64,000 nt of DNA, from IMG/VR virus record IMGVR_UViG_3300032070_000632, positions 13,055-77,054 of that record; one strand, 5' to 3'. The translations under genes were made by a program, and so were the position numbers. Position 1 is the first letter of the stretch; each line of letters starts with the position of its first letter. The notes under the pieces were generated by a model, which was not told the origin of the DNA, searched no databases, and saw only the letters and a list, made by a program, of their open reading frames with translations. Shown here piece by piece: positions 57,210-64,000 of this stretch. The stretch comes from a virus.

Positions 57210-57978
57210 AGTGAGTATAACGCTGGGTAGTGAGTATGGAAGTATGCCCCAGCATTTCCTGCACTGCCCTAATATCCAGTCCCGTATTCATTAAGTTAGT
57301 GGCGAATGAATGCCGCAGGGTATGGGGAGTGATTTGTTTAAAAGGCACGCCGATTTTAGCGGCGGCCTTTTTAATTATTTTTTGAATGGTGCGGGGAGTG
57401 GTCGGATTTTGTCCGCCAAAAAGAAACGGGCTGGACGCTATCCGCAAGAGCAGGTCTTTGGTGCGGTCGGTAAAGAAAACCAGCCGAGCTTTTCCCCGCT
57501 TGCCGATTATGGTTATTTTTTTATCGGCAAAGTCAATTTTTTCCGTGCGGATATTCGTCATTTCCGACACTCGCAAGCCCGTATCGTAGAGCAGGGAAAT
57601 AACCGCCCTGTCCCTGTCGGTATCGCAGGAATTAAAAAGTCGTCCGATTTCCTGCGGGTCTAAAAAAGAAATATATTTATCCGCCATTTTCGGCAGGACG
57701 ACCGCCTCACTGCCGATTATTTCTTGGCAGTGTTTGTTTTGGTATTTAAGAAAACTTTTCAAAGCGACTAAATAATGACGCTGGGTAATGGACTGGTATT
57801 TGTTTGCCAGATATTGCGTATAATCCATTAAGTCTTTTTCCGTGATTAGTTTTAATTCTTTGTCGCCGCACCAGCCGCTAAACGCGGACAGGCGTATGCC
57901 GTATGCTTTGGCGGTCAAGGGCGAGGAGCGTAGCACCCCGCTTAAATAGGCGATAAAATTATCAATGTCTTTTTTCAT
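57157..57978 (-). CDS. XerC/D-like tyrosine recombinase
   Basis: TGLRVSE, GKRGK, HTLRHSFAT, LGH, TQRY. Confidence 0.93.
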   Translation of the reverse strand: MKKDIDNFIAYLSGVLRSSPLTAKAYGIRLSAFSGWCGDKELKLITEKDLMDYTQYLANKYQSITQRHYLVALKSFLKYQNKHCQEIIGSEAVVLPKMADKYISFLDPQEIGRLFNSCDTDRDRAVISLLYDTGLRVSEMTNIRTEKIDFADKKITIIGKRGKARLVFFTDRTKDLLLRIASSPFLFGGQNPTTPRTIQKIIKKAAAKIGVPFKQITPHTLRHSFATNLMNTGLDIRAVQEMLGHTSILTTQRYTHFTDGQLQHLYQQHHQNS

Positions 57979-58202
57979 AATAAAATTAAAATAATCAGGA
58001 GTATTATTATTATCCCCGTCAAAATAAAATCCTGTTTGTAGTCCTGCGTGGAAATTGGGTGATAATTTTCTATAACAAACAGGAATTTTTCTTTTTGTTT
58101 TTCTTCGCCGGCAATGACCTGCTGGATTTGCTGTTTTATCTTGGCGTTGGTATTGGGATTATCCAGCAGGCGTTGCAAGTCTTGGTCGGTTAAAGTTGCC
58201 AT
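57975..58202 (-). CDS. small protein with C-terminal TM segment
   Basis: ORF coupled to recombinase start. Confidence 0.55.
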   Translation of the reverse strand: MATLTDQDLQRLLDNPNTNAKIKQQIQQVIAGEEKQKEKFLFVIENYHPISTQDYKQDFILTGIIIILLIILILL

Positions 58203-58435
58203 TTATATATGCGATAGTTTTTTATGTCCTCCAAATAAAATTTTTGCAGGCGGCGGCAGGTCGGGCAGGAAAGGGAAATGGCGTTTTGATAATTGCGGTT
58301 GCTGGCTAAAAAAAATTCCTGCCCGCAGGGTTTGCAGATGAGATGATATGTTTTTTTCCCCGACTTAAAGAGGTTGAGAGCTTCCTCTCTGGTCAATACT
58401 TTTATGCTCAACATACGCTTACTTGGCCAAGACAT
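58190..58435 (-). CDS. zinc-ribbon protein
   Basis: CKPC...CPTC. Confidence 0.55.
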   Translation of the reverse strand: MSWPSKRMLSIKVLTREEALNLFKSGKKTYHLICKPCGQEFFLASNRNYQNAISLSCPTCRRLQKFYLEDIKNYRIYKWQL

Positions 58436-58796
58436 AACGCTCCAAAGCCGCCTCTAACGCTTCCCAGTAGCCCTCCTGCAAGATGTCGCCCATTTTAGAG
58501 GCGATATTTTCCATTGTTGCGTCATCAATTTTTTTAATTTTCTTTGCCGGCAGTTGGTCTTTCAAGTCCACGCGACAGACGGACGATACGACAAATGACT
58601 TATTCATTTTGTCAGAGTAGTTATAGGTGGCAAACCTGTTCCAGCCCTCGCATAAACGGCGGGCGAATTTTGGGTGCATTTCGGCGATTAACACTTCTTT
58701 GCCGTTGCGGTCGTAATAATATACGCCCACTTTGTCGCCGTGCTTGGTCATTGAGATTACTTTGTCGCAATGGAGTTCTTGGTTGGTGAATGGCAT
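58419..58796 (-). CDS. hypothetical early protein
   Basis: 125 aa ORF in leftward operon. Confidence 0.6.
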   Translation of the reverse strand: MPFTNQELHCDKVISMTKHGDKVGVYYYDRNGKEVLIAEMHPKFARRLCEGWNRFATYNYSDKMNKSFVVSSVCRVDLKDQLPAKKIKKIDDATMENIASKMGDILQEGYWEALEAALERYVLAK

Positions 58797-58981
58797 AGTT
58801 TTTTTTGTTAGGTTTATAAATTATTTGTTTTCTCTTAAAATTTTATTAAATAAGCGATAGGCACTCCCCTCAAAGGTGCTTTCGTCATCATCAATACCTA
58901 CATTGCTGGGAAAAGATTTTTTAAAATCCTTAATCCAGCTTTTTATTTCTTTTTTTGTTTGTGGCGTAAGCATATATTTTA

Positions 58982-59278
58982 TTAGTTATTTTTAAATGGA
59001 AATTGAATTATTTTTTTTATTCTATGGATAATCTCCGAGCCGTCTTGCAGAGGCAGGTTTTTGCCTATTTTAATTTTAGTTAAATCAACCATTTTCCCAT
59101 TCCAAACAAACGCCTGTAAATTACCGTGCAAGACTTCGCCTCTTTTATCAACAAACCATTCTAAAAAATCTTGTCCGTCATCTTCAAAAATGATTTTAAT
59201 TTCCGTTTTTTGTTTTAACCAGTTGTTAAATTCTTGCTCGCTTTTGAATTTTTTATTTTTATATTTTGGTGTAAGCAT
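58982..59278 (-). CDS. hypothetical early protein
   Basis: 98 aa; FEDDGQDFLEW motif. Confidence 0.65.
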   Translation of the reverse strand: MLTPKYKNKKFKSEQEFNNWLKQKTEIKIIFEDDGQDFLEWFVDKRGEVLHGNLQAFVWNGKMVDLTKIKIGKNLPLQDGSEIIHRIKKIIQFPFKNN

Positions 59279-59295
59279 AAATTAAAATAAGTAAA

Positions 59296-59505
59296 TTAAA
59301 TTTTTTCCAATTCCCATTCAAAGTCAGCTAATCTATCCCAGCACTCGTCAATTTTGCCGGCGTTAAGCAACGCCTGCTCTTCGTCCATTTCACAGTCAAC
59401 GGAGTGATAAGAGATTATTTGCTCGCACGCCTCTTTTTTGGTTTTAAATGTTTCCCCGTCCGCAAAGTATCGGTCAATTTGCAGGTCTTTTATTTTGTAG
59501 GCCAT
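59296..59505 (-). CDS. hypothetical early protein
   Basis: 69 aa acidic ORF. Confidence 0.6.
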   Translation of the reverse strand: MAYKIKDLQIDRYFADGETFKTKKEACEQIISYHSVDCEMDEEQALLNAGKIDECWDRLADFEWELEKI

Positions 59506-59507
59506 AG

Positions 59508-60005
59508 TTAATTTTTTACTAATAAATTTTGTTTGCCAAATTGCAATGCCTCGGCTATTTGGTCGGCGGGAAAAGCAATGTCAACTCTGTTTTGGTAGCG
59601 GCTGTTCATTCTATCTCGTACTACACACTTGCCCCAACCCTCAATATAAATAACAGTTTCAAGTGGCACAAAGTTGGCGGCACATATTTGGTTGCCTTGT
59701 GCCAGCTCCTCGCATAAATCGCTCCCCGTTGCCCCTATGCACGGACTTTGGTCATTTTGTGCGACTACACCCACATTATAGGCGGTTATCTCCCGCACAG
59801 TGCCTTTTAACGCTTCATTCTTGCCGTCTGGCTTGCCCGTGGGCATTGGTTGGGATAGCAGAGCCATATAAACCGCTCCCACGCCGTTTAAAACGCTCAC
59901 AAGGCGAAAATAGGCGGCGTAGCACATCACTATCACTAAAAGAGAGATAGCCAGTAGGGAATACAGCCATAATATTAAATTTGTTTTAGCGTCCGTTTTT
60001 ATCAT
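59508..60005 (-). CDS. membrane-anchored 3D-domain (MltA-like) protein
   Basis: N-terminal TM; ITAYN, D.SPC, AANFVP, V.DR, VDI. Confidence 0.8.
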   Translation of the reverse strand: MIKTDAKTNLILWLYSLLAISLLVIVMCYAAYFRLVSVLNGVGAVYMALLSQPMPTGKPDGKNEALKGTVREITAYNVGVVAQNDQSPCIGATGSDLCEELAQGNQICAANFVPLETVIYIEGWGKCVVRDRMNSRYQNRVDIAFPADQIAEALQFGKQNLLVKN

Positions 60006-60322
60006 ACAATGGTTTTAAATGCCCGATAAAAGCCGCGATTAAAAGCGTCATTGCTGTCCATTCGGTCAACATCAAGATAATCCCAGTTGCCGACATCGCA
60101 CTGTCTTTCTATTTTTTGTATTTCTCGGCGGCAAGCGTTTTTTAATTTTACCAATGCTTGCTGGTCGTTGAACGCCTTGGTTAGGGCGGCGGTTATCGTA
60201 ATTTTTTCTTGGCGGTATTCTCTCGCCGTTTTATTGTTGCCGTTGGCTTCCTGTTCGGCTATCAATTTGTCGTAGTTTTCTATCAGGCAGTAAGTAATAA
60301 CGCCTAATTGTTTGGTGCTCAT
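60002..60322 (-). CDS. hypothetical early protein
   Basis: 106 aa ORF with ATGA overlap. Confidence 0.55.
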   Translation of the reverse strand: MSTKQLGVITYCLIENYDKLIAEQEANGNNKTAREYRQEKITITAALTKAFNDQQALVKLKNACRREIQKIERQCDVGNWDYLDVDRMDSNDAFNRGFYRAFKTIV

Positions 60323-60734
60323 AATTTTTAAGTTATATTTTGCAAAATAAGTTCGGCGAATTGTGCCGCTCCCTGCTCGTATGCTTCGGCGGGAGTTAAA
60401 TTTTTTGTGTCAGTATTTAATACTGGCTTTGCCACCCCCTCCACAACTGCTCCACAAACAGTTTTAATCGCTTCAATTTTTTCATTCATAGATTTTAAGA
60501 TAAAATAATTTTTCTAAATTCTTTTTCGTTGATTAAAGTTTTTGTTTTTTCAATAATGCTTCGCAGGGCTAAACAGGTTTCTTTGTCCATATAAAAAGAA
60601 TAAGTAAATTAAAACAGGGGAAGAGGCATTTTTTTATCAGGTTTAATGTTTAAAATGATAGGGTTGATTTTAACGCCGTTTTAATCGGCGGGAACGGACG
60701 GCCGTTCGGGCTTCCCTTGTGCCACCTCTTAATT

Positions 60735-60971
60735 TCAATGAGCGTGAAACTTTTTAAATATCAGCCCGTTGTCATTCATTGACAAGTCGCACAAGTCGGC
60801 AATTAAAGGCGTTATATTGCATTGTTCGGGAGATGTCAATACTTTCATTCGGCGGCTTAATCCGCTTTGCGATACGCTTTTAATAACAATCAAAAGTTTG
60901 GTTTTTTTATTGATATAATCCCGTAAGAGTATTTTTTTAGCTTCATCTCGCAGTTGTTCTTTTTTAGTCAT
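60735..60971 (-). CDS. hypothetical early protein, possibly truncated
   Basis: SVSQSGLSR motif; GGGGG before ATG. Confidence 0.55.
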   Translation of the reverse strand: MTKKEQLRDEAKKILLRDYINKKTKLLIVIKSVSQSGLSRRMKVLTSPEQCNITPLIADLCDLSMNDNGLIFKKFHAH

Positions 60972-61329
60972 AAAGCCCCCCCTCGTTGCCCGCTGGTATT
61001 TAATAAGTTTTATTTAATTTTTAATGTACGATGATAGTATTGTCAGTCAGGCAGTCAATCAAAGCCCTGTTTTATAAAAATTATTTTGGCCATTGACCGC
61101 CTTGCTCGCAATGCTAACCGCCGTATATGGTGGCGTATCTTAACGCCCCGATATATGCCGCCCCAATATATAGCAAAGTTATCAACGAAAGGAAAAAAAA
61201 GGTATTTATCACTTGCCGTTTCTTGTCAGCCGTCTTTTGCCGCGCGTGCGTCAGGTAGCAGTTTTTATGCGTGAGTGTTTTTTTAAAGTTCATATCTTGT
61301 TGTTAGTTTTTCTTTATGCTTATACTATT

Positions 61330-61358
61330 ATTATATACTTAAAAATAAGTCAAGTCAA
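61330..61358 (-). promoter_or_regulatory. sigma70 promoter for leftward early operon
   Basis: TTGACT-17-TATAAT on minus strand. Confidence 0.7.
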
Positions 61359-61373
61359 TAGCCAGTCAAGCAT

Positions 61374-62410
61374 TAAGATATGCGAAACTATGCTAACATT
61401 AGTTATTATTAAAATATAAAAGTATCAATTAGTCAATATGTGTATAAAGTAGCAGTTTTTTGTTTTGCAGTAGTGTTATTTTTTTGTTGCAGGGTGCAGT
61501 TATCCACAAGGGCATTATAGCGGGCAGTCAATCAAAGGTATAAAACTAAAAAAAAGGATAAAATAGCAAGGGCATTTTTTCGCTCGCAGGCGTTGCTTAT
61601 TAGCTCACTCGCAGTAGTTTGCCGCACTACCTCGCTTCCTCGCCTCCGCTCATTCGCTCTCGTTCTCGCTCGCCTCGGCTTGCGGCGTAAAACTCCAAAA
61701 GATAAGAGAGAGAAAGAAAGAGAGAAGACAGAGAGAAGATAGAGAGAAGATAGAGAGAAGATAGAGAGTAAAGAAAGAAAACAAAAAAAAAGAAAGTTAT
61801 TTTTTTTATTTTTTATCAATAATTACAATACAAAAGAAAGAAAGAGAAAAAAAGAAAGAGAAAGAAAGGGAAAGGAAAGAATAAAAAACAGGGTAAGAGA
61901 TAGAGAATAGGGCAAGGACAAGAGGCAGGGCAAGCGGAAGAGAAAAGAGAAAAGAGAAAGAAAGAGAGACAGGAACAGGCGGGGTTGGCAGGGTAGTAAG
62001 CGATAGACAAAGGCGGGGTGTTGATGTAGTTGACGCAGGGCAAGAGAAACAATGAAGGCGGGGGCGGGGTCAAAAATTGATAAATATCAAACATTTTGCG
62101 ATTATTAGCTTATAGCTTGTACTCTCTTTTTATTCTAACATTAGCTTTATTTTGTAGCGTTCGCATATCATAAGATATGCGAACAGTTAAAAGCTATGCT
62201 AACATTAGCATTTAAAAAGCATATAATTTTTCACGGGGGGAGGGGGTCGGAAATTCGTCTTATGTGATTTGGCGTATGAACGAAAACTCTCATAACCCCG
62301 CCCTCGTATTCCTCGCCCGTCCTCGCCGTGTCTCATACTCGCCTACTTCGTATTCCTCGCCCGTCCTACCCCGCCCTCGCAATATTATATATTTCACATT
62401 CCTCGCCCTT
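61374..62410. repeat. non-coding control region with direct repeats, DnaA-box matches, polypurine tract and CCTCGCCC repeats
   Basis: TAAGATATGCGAA and CTATGCTAACATTAG at 61374/61388 and 62171/62194; TTATCCACA 61500; TGTGTATAA 61439; CGTATTCCTCGCCCGTCCT at 62305 and 62349. Confidence 0.7.
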
Positions 62411-62823
62411 TATCGCATATATCGAAGGCGAGGCATATGCTAATACTGTCAACCCTGTCTTCTCATTCTCCGTAACCTAATTAAGAATCCAAAAAAAACA
62501 TACGACAGAACGGCATACCATTCTATTGATGCCAACAACATGGTTAATGACAGTGAAGATTGCAGAAAGCATATGTCTGGGCTCCCCTTGGCAATGAGAT
62601 GGAGACTGCGTCTAAGTTACGCTTATGATTTGACAAAAATGGTGTTTTGTGGCATTGTATATTGTTGACAATTTTTAGATTTATGGTATGATGGTGGAAA
62701 GAATTAATATTGTTCCTTTGTTGAGGTGAAAGGGGTATCCAGGGATGAAGTCTGATGACTATGTTCGCCGCCGTGCGAACTACATTCCTAAAAGAGCTGG
62801 CTCTGCCCCCTCTTCTTTTTTTT

Positions 62824-63069
62824 ATGGTAAGAAAGTGCGATAATTGTGATTGCCGATATAATGACGAGACCGTTTCAAGGTGTCCTTTTTGTTTTCCGGA
62901 AAAGAGCAAGGCATATAACAGAAAGTGGCGGCGGAGACGGCTTAAAAGCCGGGAGCGGGCAGGTAAGTTTATCGGGAGCGTCTCGGGATTTATTGATGAG
63001 GAGATTCGGGATTTGCGTAGAGGCGTGAGCGGGGCTAGGCATCGGGTTAAGACTGGGGGCGGGTATTGA
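62824..63069 (+). CDS. small zinc-ribbon protein
   Basis: CDNC...CPFC; promoter-like TTGACA/TATGAT at 62665-62692. Confidence 0.5.
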   Translation: MVRKCDNCDCRYNDETVSRCPFCFPEKSKAYNRKWRRRRLKSRERAGKFIGSVSGFIDEEIRDLRRGVSGARHRVKTGGGY

Positions 63070-63218
63070 CTTTTTTAGCAGATGTGATATAATGGCTGTG
63101 TCTGGTTTTATTTCATAGTTTTGCCAGGCTGTCTTAGGCCAAGACATTTTTTGCATAGTCCTCCTTAAGGACAATAACCAGCTTTAATGTTTAGCTGGCT
63201 GTTGTTTTATAAAATATT

Positions 63219-63683
63219 ATGTTTAGACATTTGGATTTATTTTCCGGCATCGGAGGATTTGCTTACGCCGTTGACTGCGTGTGGCCGGAAACGGAACATA
63301 TCTTTTGCGATAATAATAAATTCTGCCAGCAAGTTTTAAAAAAGCATTGGCCTAATTCTAAAATATATGGAGACATCCGAGAAATTATTGCCAACTCCCA
63401 CGGGACAGGAAGTGGAACATCCGCAAGCAAGGTTGACAAAGACAGGGAGTAGATTGACAAAAGACGGAAAGAACAGCCACAGTTTGGGTTTGGCGGACAG
63501 ATTAATTTACTCACGGGCGGATTCCCTTGCCAGCCTTTTTCCCAAGCAGGGAAAAGACGAGGCACGGAAGATGACCGCTATCTCTGGCCGGAAATGCTAC
63601 GAGTTATTCAATTTGCGAAACCGCAATGGGTCATCGCTGAAAATGTGCGTGGCTTACTTACTCAACAAGTGTTTTTTGATTGA
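63219..63683 (+). pseudogene. dcm: C5 cytosine DNA methyltransferase, in-frame TAG at 63450 and truncated after motif VI
   Basis: DLFSGIGG; same frame past the TAG gives GGFPCQPFS and ENVRG, then stop at 63683. Confidence 0.85.
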
Positions 63684-63717
63684 TGTTCGAACTTTTTTTG
63701 AGCAAAACCCCCAATAA
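63367..63717 (+). CDS. overlapping +1 frame ORF (beta-subunit-like frame of split C5 MTase) with foreign C-terminus
   Basis: [21 protein letters not shown]; ends [13 protein letters not shown]. Confidence 0.55.
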   Translation: METSEKLLPTPTGQEVEHPQARLTKTGSRLTKDGKNSHSLGLADRLIYSRADSLASLFPKQGKDEARKMTAISGRKCYELFNLRNRNGSSLKMCVAYLLNKCFLIDVRTFFEQNPQ

Positions 63718-64000
63718 GGAAGCCAGCACCGCCGTCGCTCGGAAACCTCGCCACCCCGCAAAAAAGTTTTCTTCACATTTTTTAATTTGCGCGCGCCGAT
63801 TTTTTTCTTCTAAAAGGAAAAGAAAACTATTTTGCGGGGTTCTGCTCTTAACGAGCAGGACGGCGGGGCTGTCCGCTTTTTGTATTCGCTCGGGCGTGGC
63901 GGAATTCCCCCCAAACCCCCCTTCCGCCACGCCCTCGCTGGGACGATTCTTTTTTTCGGCGGAATTTGAGGCTGTATTTTGCAAAGCAAAATGCGCCACC
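63670..64000. mobile_element. probable end of a second integrative element interrupting the methyltransferase
   Basis: MTase similarity stops abruptly; GTTCGAAC core 63685-63692; GC-rich hairpins such as 63892-63934. Confidence 0.45.

Larger units (their letters stand above)
13..63670. mobile_element. Tailed phage / prophage (siphovirus-type, Mu-like head module); left boundary not visible in window
   Basis: Ordered terminase, portal, protease, capsid, tail tube, tape measure, fibre, endolysin, helicase, nuclease and recombinase genes; no host housekeeping genes seen. Confidence 0.95.

Noticed and set aside
57157-60971. Integron with cassette array
   Set aside because: No IntI-specific insertion seen, no attC-like repeats, and neighbouring genes are translationally coupled
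61532-62094. F/L/S-rich minus-strand ORFs as membrane proteins
   Set aside because: Translation artefact of the polypurine tract
62752-62800. Hammerhead ribozyme or tRNA
   Set aside because: CUGAUGA is present but no correctly placed GAAA core; no tRNA cloverleaf with a proper T arm and acceptor stem
63450-63452. Genome-wide stop codon reassignment
   Set aside because: TAG, TGA and TAA all terminate well-defined genes (e.g. portal TAG, 25460 TGA) and long genes are intact in code 11

Overview
The window is almost entirely one tailed-phage (siphovirus-type) genome or prophage read in genetic code 11. It is AT-rich with mostly Shine-Dalgarno-less leaders; a Patescibacteria/CPR-like host is an inference only. 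Layout: (1) + strand morphogenesis block (2.8-37.2 kb): terminase with three inteins, portal-MuF fusion, protease/scaffold, major capsid, a virion gene split by two group I introns that the ORF track misses, a 19-unit LRR protein, tail tube, frameshifted chaperone, tape measure, beta-helix fibre and M23 endolysin. (2) - strand replication block (37.1-42.4 kb) with an origin-like inverted repeat and a C4-like cloverleaf RNA. (3) + strand recombination genes, then a 13 kb glycan-modification operon (44.1-57.2 kb). (4) - strand Xer-like recombinase and small early genes, a non-coding repeat region, and a broken two-frame C5 methyltransferase apparently interrupted near 63.67 kb by another element. 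The standout system is a complete, translationally coupled phosphonate pathway carried by the phage: LicD transferase, PEP mutase, phosphonopyruvate decarboxylase, Fe-dependent reductase and cytidylyltransferase. The genome also encodes 8 glycosyltransferase and 4 methyltransferase domains, and I see no export machinery. This suggests a 2-hydroxyethylphosphonate-decorated glycan built on a cytoplasmic acceptor, most plausibly the virion. All family calls are by-eye motif recognition; no searches were run.
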